Shown piece by piece: positions 19,471-28,771 of a stretch of DNA of 64,000 nt. Position 1 is the stretch's first letter, and each line of letters opens with the position of its first letter. The notes beneath the pieces were generated by a model. The model had not been told where the DNA came from and made no database searches. It saw nothing but the letters and a program-made list of their open reading frames with translations. Origin of the DNA: Candidatus Rifleibacteriota bacterium (lineage in GTDB: Bacteria; Muiribacteriota; Ozemobacteria; Ozemobacterales; Ozemobacteraceae); the NCBI GenBank assembly GCA_012517355.1, contig JAAYVD010000014.1, positions 17,264 to 81,263 of the forward strand, in the 5' to 3' direction. Made by a program: the position numbers and the translations under genes.

Positions 19471-19583
19471 GGAATCCTCCTCTCGGCGCCTTCCCGCGCC
19501 CGCCGCTTCCTTGAAAAAACGGCGGATTCATGCTACCGGAAGGAGCAACAGCACGCAACTCCCGGAAAGGCCAGACGCACCCC

Positions 19584-20360
19584 ATGACATGGCAGAAGGA
19601 AGCCGACACCGCCGCCCGCCTCGCCCGACAGGCCGGAGACCTCTTGAAGAGCCGGTTCGCCACGGCGATGCAGATCGATCACAAGGGCACCACCGACCTC
19701 GTCACCGAGATGGACCTCGCCTCCGAGAGGCTGATCCGGGACGAACTCGCCCGGGCCTTCCCCGGCGACCTCCAGTTCGGGGAGGAAGCCGGGGGCGCCG
19801 ATTTCCGGCGGGGCCGGGTCTGGGTCTTCGACCCCCTCGACGGCACCACCAACTTCGCGCACGGCCTTCCCATCTTCTCGGTCTCGATCGCCCTGTGCGA
19901 GGACGGTCGGCCGCGCGCAGGGGCGGTGCACCAGCCGATGACCGGGGAGACCTTCACCGCCCGGGCGGGCGGGGGGGCCTTCCGGAATGGGGAGCCCATC
20001 CGGGTCTCGGCCCAGACCGACCTGCAGCAGGCGCTGGTGGTGACCGGGTTCCCCTACGTTCCCGGCCCCGTCATCGAGGAGATGATGGCCCGTCTGCGCC
20101 GCCTGATCCTGGCCACGCAGGGGGTCCGGCGGCTCGGCTCGGCGGCCATGGACCTGTGCTACGTGGCCATGGGCCGGTTCGACGCCTTCTGGGAGACCAG
20201 CCTCAAACCGTGGGATGTGGCGGCAGGCGCGCTCCTGGTCGAGGAGGCGGGGGGCCGGGTCACCGATTTCGCGGGGAGCCCCATGCCCATCGACCGGGGC
20301 CAGATCCTCGCCTCGAATGGCCACCTGCACACGGCCGTCCAGGCCTTGCTGGCCCTCTGA
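19584..20360 (+). CDS. Inositol monophosphatase family protein (SuhB-like)
   Basis: Motifs GEE, WVFDPLDGTTNF and WDVAAG. Start chosen at the internal ATG 19584 (MTWQKEAD...). Confidence 0.85.
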   Translation: MTWQKEADTAARLARQAGDLLKSRFATAMQIDHKGTTDLVTEMDLASERLIRDELARAFPGDLQFGEEAGGADFRRGRVWVFDPLDGTTNFAHGLPIFSVSIALCEDGRPRAGAVHQPMTGETFTARAGGGAFRNGEPIRVSAQTDLQQALVVTGFPYVPGPVIEEMMARLRRLILATQGVRRLGSAAMDLCYVAMGRFDAFWETSLKPWDVAAGALLVEEAGGRVTDFAGSPMPIDRGQILASNGHLHTAVQALLAL

Positions 20361-20430
20361 TCCCACCACCCGAGGCGCCCATCGTGGCTGGTTGGCGCCC
20401 CAACTCGACAGGAGCGCTCTCCACCGCGAT

Positions 20431-20500
20431 CCGACCGGCATGATGTCGGAAGGGCTTCCCCTTTGCCGCCACGGACGGCGGCGCGAAAGGCCCGTTGCGC
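20431..20500 (+). repeat. About 70-nt repeat element with GGAAG-GG-CTTCC hairpin, copy 1 (intergenic)
   Basis: CCGACCGGCATGATGTCGGAAGGGCTTCCCCTTTGCCGCCACGG matches the minus-strand copy at 54787-54858 at 38 of 44 positions by eye. A second conserved block CCCGTT(TT)GCGC follows. Confidence 0.7.
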
Positions 20501-20610
20501 GCCCCGCACAAAGGGGCCGACCGACCTGAGGCGGGAAGGGACCCCTGGCCTCGCGAAGGGAGGGGAACCGGGCCGTTCCGCGCCCCGCCAGCGGCCGGCG
20601 GTCCCCTGCC

Positions 20611-21945
20611 CTACTTCTGCGCGTTCAGCATGTTCCGCGGCTGGCCCGTGGTCTCCAGGACGTTGAGCCAGAAGGTGCTTTCTGGATCGATGTACTTGCG
20701 GTTGCGGATCGCCATCTCGATGGGCACGTGGGTGAAATGGTGGTTCCAGATGCCCACCACCATGTTGGTGCGGCCCGCCATGCCCGCGTGGGCCGCGTTC
20801 TGGGCGAGCTGGTTGCAGTAGATGCTGTCGGCGGGGATGGCCCGGGCGCTGCGGATCATGTAGCTGGGGTCGATGTACCGGATGTTGACGGGGAACTTCT
20901 GGGCGCCGAAGGCGCGCCGGATGTCCTCGCGCAGGAAGATCCCGATGTCGCCGGACTTCTGGTTGCCCGAAGCGTCCTTGCCGTCTGAATCCAGGAACCG
21001 CTGGGCCACGCCCTCGGCCACGACGACGACGGCGTGACCGCGCTTCTCCAGGCGGTGGCGGAGGTGGGTGTAGAAGCCGTTGGGTCCCTCGAGATCGAAG
21101 GGGATCTCGGGCACCAGGCAGAAGTTCACATCCTGCGAGGCGACCGCCGCGTTGGCGGCGATGAACCCGGAATCGCGCCCCATCAGCCGCACCAGGCCGA
21201 TCCCGTTCTGGACCGCCTTGGCCTCGACATGCGCCGTGCGGATCGACTCGACGGCGTGCGAGAAGGCGGTCTCGAACCCGAAGGTCCGCTCGATGAAGCC
21301 GATGTCGTTGTCGATGGTCTTGGGAATGCCGATGACCCCGATCTTCAGCCCGCGCCGCAGGATCTCCTCGGCGATCTCCTTGGCCCCGCGCAGGGTTCCG
21401 TCGCCGCCGATGCAGAACAGGAGGTCGATGTTGAAATCCATCAGGCGATCGACCATCTTGCCGACGTCCTGGGGACCGCGGGAGGTTCCCAGGATCGACC
21501 CGCCGAATTCGTGGATGTCGGAGACCACCTCCGGGTCGAGCACTCTCGGCGGAGTGCTCCCTTCCTTGACCAAGCCCTGGTATCCGTACCGGAACCCATA
21601 GATGGACTTGATCCGGTACCAGAAGGAAAGTTGCATCACCAGGGCGCGGATGACGTCGTTGATGCCGGGGCAGAGGCCGCCGCAGGTGACGATGCCGGCC
21701 CGGGTGTTCTTCGGATCGAAGAAGATCTTCTCGCGGGGTCCGGCGCACTCGAACGAGGCGGGGAAGCCTCCGGCCGAACAGATATTCCGGACCTTGCTCA
21801 AGCGGGCTTCGTAGAGGATGCGTTCATCGTCGATGGTGTAGTTGGTCAGAAAATCCCCGTCGACCTTGGAAAGCGCCAGGGGCGAAGGAACGGTTCCCTC
21901 GCCCAGCCGTTTGACCTGGAAATCCAACGAGTTCACGTCGACCAT
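20611..21945 (-). CDS. pfk: 6-phosphofructokinase, PfkA family long form (phosphoryl donor ambiguous)
   Basis: Start MVDVNSLDF (cat 21943-21945) after GGAGGAAAAA. Motifs GIVTCGGLCPGINDVIR, IGGDGT (ATP-type Gly) and PKTIDND (PPi-type Lys). Confidence 0.85.
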   Translation of the reverse strand: MVDVNSLDFQVKRLGEGTVPSPLALSKVDGDFLTNYTIDDERILYEARLSKVRNICSAGGFPASFECAGPREKIFFDPKNTRAGIVTCGGLCPGINDVIRALVMQLSFWYRIKSIYGFRYGYQGLVKEGSTPPRVLDPEVVSDIHEFGGSILGTSRGPQDVGKMVDRLMDFNIDLLFCIGGDGTLRGAKEIAEEILRRGLKIGVIGIPKTIDNDIGFIERTFGFETAFSHAVESIRTAHVEAKAVQNGIGLVRLMGRDSGFIAANAAVASQDVNFCLVPEIPFDLEGPNGFYTHLRHRLEKRGHAVVVVAEGVAQRFLDSDGKDASGNQKSGDIGIFLREDIRRAFGAQKFPVNIRYIDPSYMIRSARAIPADSIYCNQLAQNAAHAGMAGRTNMVVGIWNHHFTHVPIEMAIRNRKYIDPESTFWLNVLETTGQPRNMLNAQK

Positions 21946-22115
21946 CTGGGTTTTTCCTCCTGGGGGTGAAATGCCGCGCCGGCAGATCGCTTCACGAATC
22001 TCCGCTTGACGCCGATGATCTGGAGGGTTCATTCTGACCGAGCGGGGGACTTCTGTCAAGAAACCCCGAAACCCTCGTGCCCGGAACGGCATATGAATGG
22101 CTGAGGCCTGAAACG

Positions 22116-23195
22116 ATGGAAGTCCTGCTTGGGATCTGCCTGGTCCAGACCCGGTTCGGGGAAGACAACGCCCACGGCCAGCGTCTGGCGGCCTTCCTGG
22201 CGCGTCTCGGGTGCCACGTCCTGGAGCTGGACACCTCGGCGGACGCCCCCCTGGCCACCTTCTCCAGCGCCTCCTTCGCCCCGCAGGTGATCCACGGCTT
22301 CCACCTGGTGAAATCCGGGATCTTCTGCCACGAACTGGCCCGCCAGGGCCGGGTGCCCCTGGTGATCACCTGCACGGGCACCGACGTCTTCATCGACCTG
22401 CAGACCCCGGGGTTGAACGAGACCATCCGCAACGTCCTGTCCGCCGCGGACAAAGTGGTCGTCCCCTTCTACGGCATGCTGCCCTACCTTCGGGAGTTCC
22501 TGCCCGAAGAGGGTCGTTTCACGATCATTCCCAAGGGGGTGCAGCCCCCCACCCCCTCCGACCTCCCCGACCTGCAGACCCACCCCGTGCCGGCCCACGG
22601 GCGCATCGTCCTGCTTCCCGGAGCCATCCTCCCCGCCCGTCACACGCACTTCGCGATCCACGCCCTGAACCCTCTCCTGTCGCGCTTCCCTGACCTCCAC
22701 CTGGTCATCCTCGGGAATGTCCTGGACAGCCAATACGGCCAGATGGTGACCGACCTGGCGGGGAATCACCCCTGGGTCCGGATCCTTCCCGCGCTGTCGC
22801 CAGGCGAGATGGCCCGCTGGTATCAGAGGGCCGACGTCGTGCTCAACGTGTCCCACGTCGAGGGCGGCTCCCAGTTCATGCTCGAGGCGATGTCGCTGGG
22901 TGCCCCGGTCCTGGCTTCCGACATCCCCGGCAACCGCGCCTACATCACCGACGAGGCCTCGAACGAGGGGCGCGGCACCGGGTTTTTGTATTCCACCAGC
23001 CCGTCACCCGAAGGGTTTCAGCGCATCCACGAGCAGGCCGACCTCGTCGACAAGATGACCTTCCTGCTGGAACACCATGAAATCCGCACCCAGACCGGGA
23101 AAAGGGCTGCCGCGTGGGTGAAGGAGACGCTCAACCCCGACCTGGAAGCCTTCCTGTACCTGGAACTGTACCGGAAACTCACCGAAAAAGGGTGA
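22116..23195 (+). CDS. Glycosyltransferase, GT-B fold (GT1/GT4-like)
   Basis: C-terminal half has the E-x7-E style motif region (SHVEGGSQFMLEAMSLGAPVLASDIPGN). The start is uncertain (22077 or 22116). Confidence 0.7.
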   Translation: MEVLLGICLVQTRFGEDNAHGQRLAAFLARLGCHVLELDTSADAPLATFSSASFAPQVIHGFHLVKSGIFCHELARQGRVPLVITCTGTDVFIDLQTPGLNETIRNVLSAADKVVVPFYGMLPYLREFLPEEGRFTIIPKGVQPPTPSDLPDLQTHPVPAHGRIVLLPGAILPARHTHFAIHALNPLLSRFPDLHLVILGNVLDSQYGQMVTDLAGNHPWVRILPALSPGEMARWYQRADVVLNVSHVEGGSQFMLEAMSLGAPVLASDIPGNRAYITDEASNEGRGTGFLYSTSPSPEGFQRIHEQADLVDKMTFLLEHHEIRTQTGKRAAAWVKETLNPDLEAFLYLELYRKLTEKG

Positions 23196-23489
23196 GCCCC
23201 CACCCCACCCCGGCCTGGTCCTTGGTCAGTTTTGACGTTGGAGGGACCGGACGGGAAAAGGGGCGGGGCGGACGGTCGCGGATGGCCGCGGGTGAGGGTG
23301 GGTGGGTATCAGTGGAGAATCAACGCTCATCAGCGGGAAAACCGTCCGTGCCGGCTTGCGGGGTGAACCGGGGATGCCCTCGACCAGTCGGAAAACTCAT
23401 CGGTGACACGGGACCGGCCATTCCACACCCCTGAAAACCCGTCAGTGACGAAGGACATGGAAGGCGGGCGGGCCGGGGGCCTCGGGCCT

Positions 23490-24224
23490 TCAGGCGGCGA
23501 GATCTTTTTCGGCGGTGGGGTCGCCCCGGATCCCGAAACGGGGAAACTGCTGGCGCAACCTGGTCAGAACGGACTTCCCGAGCCATTCCCCGGTGATGGG
23601 GGGCAACGACGGATCGAGAGTCTTGCCCTCCTGGAACTTCTGGAGCACGAATCGGGTGGTGCCCAGGGATTTCAGGAAATCGCCGATCTGGAGGATCCAT
23701 TCCGGACTGACCAGGGTAGGGTGCACCGTGGTGCGGAACTCGTGTTCGATGGCGCTGTCGATGAGTAGACGGGCCGATTCCCGGACGGCGGCATCAATGG
23801 GAACCCCGGTCAGGTCGCGGTAGTGACCGGGCGGAGCCTTGATGTCGAGCGCCACGAAGGCCAGTCGGCGCCGCTCGAGGAGGCCGCCGAGCCGCTGTGG
23901 AAAGGCCCCATTGGTGTGAAGGCCGACGGCGTAGCCCAGGGCCAGAGTGTCTTCGATGGCGGCTTCGAGGGTGTCCTGGAAGGTGGGCTCGCCGCCGCTG
24001 AAGACCACCCCTTCCAGGAACCCCCGGCGGCGGTCGAGAAAGGCCAGGATGTCATCCCAGGGGATGTCGCCGGAGCCTTTCTCGACCAGCTCGGGGTTGT
24101 GGCAGTACTGGCACCGCAGGTTGCATCCTCGCAGAAAGACGACGCACGCGATGCGGCGGGGGAAATCGATCATCGTGAGCGGCTGCAAGCCGCCCACGAT
24201 GGGCCGTCCGGGGCTGTCGGTCAT
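23490..24224 (-). CDS. nrdG: Anaerobic ribonucleotide reductase activating protein (radical SAM)
   Basis: CNLRCQYCHNPE cluster motif. Located immediately downstream of nrdD. Confidence 0.85.
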   Translation of the reverse strand: MTDSPGRPIVGGLQPLTMIDFPRRIACVVFLRGCNLRCQYCHNPELVEKGSGDIPWDDILAFLDRRRGFLEGVVFSGGEPTFQDTLEAAIEDTLALGYAVGLHTNGAFPQRLGGLLERRRLAFVALDIKAPPGHYRDLTGVPIDAAVRESARLLIDSAIEHEFRTTVHPTLVSPEWILQIGDFLKSLGTTRFVLQKFQEGKTLDPSLPPITGEWLGKSVLTRLRQQFPRFGIRGDPTAEKDLAA

Positions 24225-24234
24225 CGGGACTGGA

Positions 24235-26430
24235 TCAGAGGACCTTGCTGACCGCTTCTGGGGCGTGGATGATGGTGCGTTCCCGGTATTCGCTTTTCTT
24301 GCCGGCGTTGAATTGGGATACGGGGCGGTAATACCCCATGACGCGGGTCCAGACTTCGCACCGCTGGCGGTTTTCGGTCGCCAGCTGGGGGACGGGGGCG
24401 GTATCGCCCTGAACCGGATCGACCGCGGCCTGGGCCTTCAGGCGGGCCGTCTCGATCTCGTCGCAGGTGGGGCAGAACGGCTGTTCGCCGGGGAGATAGC
24501 CGTGCTTGGGGCACACCGAAAAGGTCGGGGTGATGGTGATGTACGGCAGCCGGAACTGGGAGAGGGATTTCTGCACCAGGCGCTTGCAGGAGTTGGCATC
24601 GGGAATGCGTTCGCCGACGTAGAGGTGGAGGACGGTGCCCCCGGTATAGTAGCGCTGCAGCTGTTCCTGGTGCTCCATCATTTCGAAGAGATCGCCTTCG
24701 AAGCCGACGGGCAGCTGGGTGGAATTGGTGTAATAGGGGGCGGCCGGGGAACCGGCCTGGATGATGTCGGGGAAACGCTTCTGGTCTTCGCGGGCGAAGC
24801 GGTAGGTGGCTCCTTCGGCGGGGGAGGCTTCGAGATTGTAGAGGTTGCCGGTCTGGGTCTGGATCTCGATCATGCGCTCGCGCAGATGGGTCATGACGCG
24901 CTGGGCGAACTCGACGCCTTCGCGGGACCGGATGTCATGCTTGCCGTCGGTGAAGTTGCGGATGCACTCGTTCATGCCGTTGATGCCGATCGTCGAGAAG
25001 TGGTTGCGCAGGGTGCCCAGATACCGCTTGGTGTAGGGGAACAGCCCGTTGTCGATCAGCCGGTTGATGACCTTGCGCTTGACTTCGAGGCTCTTGACGG
25101 CCATGTTGACCAGTTCGTCGAGGCGGTTGGTGAGGCCTTCCCAGTTGTTCTTGTGAAGGAACCCGAGGCGGGGGAGGTTGATGGTGACGACGCCGATCGA
25201 GCCGGTCTGTTCGGCCGACCCGAACAGGCCGTTGCCGCGCTTGAGGAGCTCGCGCAGGTCGAGCTGCAGGCGGCAGCACATGGACCGGATCTGGTTGGGC
25301 TTGAGATCGGAATTGATGAAATTCTGGAAATACGGCAGCCCGTATTTGGCCGTCATTTCGAAGAGGGGGGCGCAGTTGGGGTGATCCCAGTCGAAATCCT
25401 TGGTGATGTTATAGGTGGGAATGGGGAAGGTGAAGGCGCGGCCGGCGCGATCGCCGCGGCTCATGACCTCGATGAAGGCGCGGTTGATCATGTCCATTTC
25501 GGCCTGGAGTTCACCATATTTGAAATCGACGGGCCGGCCGCCGACCAGGGGCGTCTGGGTGGCCAGGTCTTCGGGGCAGATCCAGTCGAAGGTCAGGTTG
25601 GTGAAGGGCGTCTGGGTTCCCCAGCGTGAGGGCACGTTCAGATTGTAGATGAACTCCTGGATTCCCTGGAAGACTTGCTTGTAGTCGAGCTTGTCAGTAC
25701 GGACGAAGGGGGCAAGATAGGTATCGAAGGAACTGAAGGCCTGGGCACCGGCCCACTCGTTCTGGAGGGTGCCGAGGAAGTTGACCATCTGGCCGAGGGC
25801 ACTGGAAAAGTGGGTGGGGGGGCCGGCCTCGATCTTGCCGTAGACGCCGTTGAAGCCTTCCTGAAGGAGCATGCGGAGGGACCAGCCCGCGCAGTACCCC
25901 GAGAGCATGTCGAGATCGTGGATGTGGAAGTCGCCGGCCCGGTGGGCCTCGCCGATTTCGGGATTGTACACATGTGACAGCCAGTAATTGGCGACAACCT
26001 TGCCTGACACGTTCAGGATCAGGCCCCCGAGGGAGTACCCCTGGTTGGCGTTGGCGTTGACCCGCCAGTCCTGCTGGCCGAGGTATTCGTTGATCGAGCC
26101 GATGACATCGACGAGCGTGCGGCGGCCTTCGCGCATGGCCTTGTGCTGCTCGCGATACACAATGTAGGAGCGGTTGGTGAGGAAGTAGTTGTTGGCGATC
26201 AGGATGTGTTCGACGACATCCTGGATCTCCTCGATCGTCGGCGTTCCCGTGCACCCGCGGTGGGCCAGGACATTGACCACCTGGCTGGCCATGCGGGCCG
26301 CTTCCTGGGGGCCATACTCCCCGGTGGCCTTCCCGGCGCGCTCCATGGCGGACCGGATCTTGTCGGCATCAAACGGCTTCAGGCTGCCATCGCGGGTTTC
26401 GACGGATCTCAACTCTCTCCCTTGCTTCAT
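24235..26430 (-). CDS. nrdD: Anaerobic ribonucleoside-triphosphate reductase (class III)
   Basis: N-terminal ATP-cone, C-terminal Zn motif CPKHGY...CPTC and glycyl-radical motif RVMGYYRP. Confidence 0.9.
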   Translation of the reverse strand: MKQGRELRSVETRDGSLKPFDADKIRSAMERAGKATGEYGPQEAARMASQVVNVLAHRGCTGTPTIEEIQDVVEHILIANNYFLTNRSYIVYREQHKAMREGRRTLVDVIGSINEYLGQQDWRVNANANQGYSLGGLILNVSGKVVANYWLSHVYNPEIGEAHRAGDFHIHDLDMLSGYCAGWSLRMLLQEGFNGVYGKIEAGPPTHFSSALGQMVNFLGTLQNEWAGAQAFSSFDTYLAPFVRTDKLDYKQVFQGIQEFIYNLNVPSRWGTQTPFTNLTFDWICPEDLATQTPLVGGRPVDFKYGELQAEMDMINRAFIEVMSRGDRAGRAFTFPIPTYNITKDFDWDHPNCAPLFEMTAKYGLPYFQNFINSDLKPNQIRSMCCRLQLDLRELLKRGNGLFGSAEQTGSIGVVTINLPRLGFLHKNNWEGLTNRLDELVNMAVKSLEVKRKVINRLIDNGLFPYTKRYLGTLRNHFSTIGINGMNECIRNFTDGKHDIRSREGVEFAQRVMTHLRERMIEIQTQTGNLYNLEASPAEGATYRFAREDQKRFPDIIQAGSPAAPYYTNSTQLPVGFEGDLFEMMEHQEQLQRYYTGGTVLHLYVGERIPDANSCKRLVQKSLSQFRLPYITITPTFSVCPKHGYLPGEQPFCPTCDEIETARLKAQAAVDPVQGDTAPVPQLATENRQRCEVWTRVMGYYRPVSQFNAGKKSEYRERTIIHAPEAVSKVL

Positions 26431-26665
26431 GGACCTTCCTTTTCTGCGTGCGTAATTTTAGACGGCAAACCCCCACGTGCGTGTGTGCACAGAAAAAAAG
26501 GGGGGGGATGTTTTCAACGGCGGACGGGGGTCCATTAAAGCACCTTCGGCCGTCGGTGTAAAGGGGGCAAATTGTACCTTTTTTCTGATAACCACCCGGG
26601 CTTTGTGCCCCCGCTCACAAGCTTCCCAAGCAGGTCTTCGGGATAAGGAAGTTTTCGGAAAGGGG

Positions 26666-26695
26666 TTGTCATCTGCCCATGGTTGATAGTAGAAT
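26666..26695 (+). promoter_or_regulatory. Putative sigma-70 promoter for the leuC/hacA-like gene
   Basis: TTGTCA (26666-26671), 18-nt spacer, TAGAAT (26690-26695). The ATG at 26733 is preceded by AGGAAAGGA. Confidence 0.35.
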
Positions 26696-26732
26696 CTCCC
26701 GTCCCCCAAGCACGATACAGAGGAAAGGAACC

Positions 26733-27983
26733 ATGGGCCAGACCATCATCCAGAAAATCATCGCTCGCCATTCCAAGGAACCCCCCACCCCGGGATCCAT
26801 CGTGTGGATGGACCTCGACGTCCGGTCCGCCCGCGACTTCGGCGGGGCCAACGTGGTCAAGAACTTCGAGGCCAATTATCCCGGCCAGTCCGTGGCCGAC
26901 GTCCAGAAGACCTGTTTCACCTTCGATTGCGTGGCCCCAGCCAACAACATCCCCTACGCGAACAACCAGCACACCTGTCGGAAGTTCGCGCGCAAGCAGG
27001 GCTTCAAGGTGTACGACGTCGACCAGGGTATCGGTTCGCACATCAACATCGAGCAGGGAATGGCCGTTCCGGGCGCCACCATCGTCGGCACCGACAGCCA
27101 TCTCAACATCCTCGGCGCGGTGGGAGCGTTCGGCCAGGGCATGGGCGACCAGGACATCGCCTTCACCTTCCGGGCCGGCAAGACCTGGTTCGAGGTGCCG
27201 CATTCCATGCGGGTCAAGGTGAAAGGAACCTTCGGGCATCCGGTGACCGCCAAGGATCTGGTCCTGAAGATGCTCCAGGTGCTCGGCTCCAATGGGGCCC
27301 TGGGCCTGGCCATGGAATACTACGGCCCCGCCATCGATGCCCTCGATCTGCCCGGCCGCATCACCCTGGCCAGCATGGCCACCGAGATGGGCGCCATCAT
27401 CTCCTTCGTCACCCCCAACCAGGCAACCCTGGACTACCTGTCCAAGGCCGCCGGACGGACCATCGAGCCGATCGCCGCCGACCCCGATGCCACCTACGTC
27501 AAGGAGATCGAGGTCGATGTGAACGGTCTCGAGCCCCTCGTCGCCTGCCCCCCCACCCCGGAAAACGTCAAGAAGGTCCGGGAGGTCGCCGGCCGGAAGG
27601 TCGATTCCGTGTTCATCGGCTCCTGTACCAACGGCCGGTTCGAGGACTTCGAGGCGGCCAGCCGGTTCCTGAAGGGCCGCAAGATCGCCTCGCACGTGAT
27701 GGCCAAGGCGGTCCCCGCCACCCAGAAGGTCTACGCGCAGATGCTGCAGTCAGGGGTCCTCAAATCCCTCTTCGAGTCGGGGTTCGTCATCAGCCATCCC
27801 GGATGTGGCGGCTGTGCCTCAGGCCAGATCGGCATGACCGGCAAAGACGAGGTGCAGGTCAGCACCAGCAACCGCAATTTCAAGGGCAAGCAGGGGGACG
27901 GCGAGACCTACCTCGCCAGCCCCATCGTTGCCGCCGCCGCCGCTCTCAAGGGCGAACTCGTCGACCCCCGCGACGTCGGCTGA
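26733..27983 (+). CDS. Aconitase-family dehydratase large subunit (3-isopropylmalate dehydratase / homoaconitase type)
   Basis: Short (416 aa) archaeal-type LeuC/HacA. Motifs GTDSHL, GSCTNGR and HPGCGGC (Fe-S ligands). Confidence 0.85.
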   Translation: MGQTIIQKIIARHSKEPPTPGSIVWMDLDVRSARDFGGANVVKNFEANYPGQSVADVQKTCFTFDCVAPANNIPYANNQHTCRKFARKQGFKVYDVDQGIGSHINIEQGMAVPGATIVGTDSHLNILGAVGAFGQGMGDQDIAFTFRAGKTWFEVPHSMRVKVKGTFGHPVTAKDLVLKMLQVLGSNGALGLAMEYYGPAIDALDLPGRITLASMATEMGAIISFVTPNQATLDYLSKAAGRTIEPIAADPDATYVKEIEVDVNGLEPLVACPPTPENVKKVREVAGRKVDSVFIGSCTNGRFEDFEAASRFLKGRKIASHVMAKAVPATQKVYAQMLQSGVLKSLFESGFVISHPGCGGCASGQIGMTGKDEVQVSTSNRNFKGKQGDGETYLASPIVAAAAALKGELVDPRDVG

Positions 27984-28023
27984 CCTGCTTCCCCCTCCAC
28001 CTACGACAGAAAGGAACCACGAC

Positions 28024-28578
28024 ATGAGCACCAAACCCACCACGCTGAAAGGCCGCGTCTGGGTCATCGCCGACGCCGGCGGCCGGCTGATCGACAACAT
28101 CGATACCGACATGATCTTCCACAACGCCCACCTGGCGATCACCGACATCGCCAAGATGGGCCCCCATTCCTTCGGCAACCTCCAGGGCTGGGAAGACTTC
28201 CCCAAGAAGGCCGCCAAGGGCGACATCCTGATCCTCGGCAAGAATTTCGGGGCGGGAAGTTCGCGGCAGCAGGCCGTCGATTGCTTCATCGCCAACGGCG
28301 TGCAGGCCCTGGTGGCCGAGTCCTTCGGGGCCATCTACAAAAGAAACGCCATCAACACCGGGCTGCCGATCCTGTCGAAGGAAGGGTTCGCCGGGGCGGC
28401 CGGGCAGCTGGCCTTCGCCAACGGCGACGAGGTCGAGGTCGACCTGGCCAGAAGCACCATCACGAACCTGACCCGGAAAGAGACCGTCCAGCTCGACCCG
28501 TTCAGCAAGGTGCAGATGGATATCTACCAGGCCGGGGGGTTGTTCGCCTACGGCAAGACCCTCGAAGCCGGAGCCTGA
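28024..28578 (+). CDS. Aconitase-family dehydratase small subunit (LeuD/HacB type)
   Basis: Motifs DNIDTDMI and GKNFGAGSSRQQA. It follows the large subunit. Confidence 0.8.
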   Translation: MSTKPTTLKGRVWVIADAGGRLIDNIDTDMIFHNAHLAITDIAKMGPHSFGNLQGWEDFPKKAAKGDILILGKNFGAGSSRQQAVDCFIANGVQALVAESFGAIYKRNAINTGLPILSKEGFAGAAGQLAFANGDEVEVDLARSTITNLTRKETVQLDPFSKVQMDIYQAGGLFAYGKTLEAGA

Positions 28579-28682
28579 ATCAGGCCGGTCCGGGAAACCT
28601 TGAACATGCCTGCAAGGGTGTCGCGCTTCCGGGGCTTGTGCTCTTGGCAAGCGGCCTGTCCCCCAGGGACCGGGAAAGGTGT

Positions 28683-28714
28683 GGTCCCGGCCCGGAATTG
28701 TCCCGGCCCGGAAT
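28683..28714. repeat. Perfect 2 x 16-nt direct repeat GTCCCGGCCCGGAATT abutting the -35 of the protease promoter
   Basis: Read directly: 28683-28698 and 28699-28714 are identical. Confidence 0.8.
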
Positions 28715-28741
28715 TGCCGATTTGAAGAATTTCGGGTAGAA
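28713..28741 (+). promoter_or_regulatory. Putative sigma-70 promoter for the S8 protease gene
   Basis: TTGCCG (28713-28718), 17-nt spacer, TAGAAT (28736-28741). The ATG at 28772 is preceded by GGAGGGG. Confidence 0.4.
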
Positions 28742-28771
28742 TTATCGAATCCCATAGTCGGAGGGGTCTAC

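Noticed and set aside
20215-20529. Small ORFs beginning MSEGLP(P/L)CRH at 20443 and 54846 as a conserved micro-protein
   Set aside because: The third copy of the same nucleotide element has a stop after seven codons (MSEGLPP*). The similarity is better explained as a nucleotide-level repeat (see the finding above).
23196-23489. Possible riboswitch or ribozyme in the GT1/nrdG convergent spacer: GGTGAACCGGGG resembles the cobalamin-riboswitch core, CTGATGAG on the minus strand resembles a hammerhead core, and there are recurrent CAGnGGAAAAC-like motifs
   Set aside because: There is no B12 box and no hammerhead stem II/GAAA arrangement. The region lies downstream of both flanking genes, so it has nothing to regulate in cis. 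I cannot fold a convincing known structure by eye, so it is left as an unexplained 294-nt spacer.
26431-26732. NrdR boxes or a cobalamin riboswitch upstream of nrdD
   Set aside because: I could not find the ACACwAtATaTwGTGT-type palindrome or a B12 box. Only a possible -10 (TACAAT, minus strand 26576-26571) and homopolymer tracts are present.
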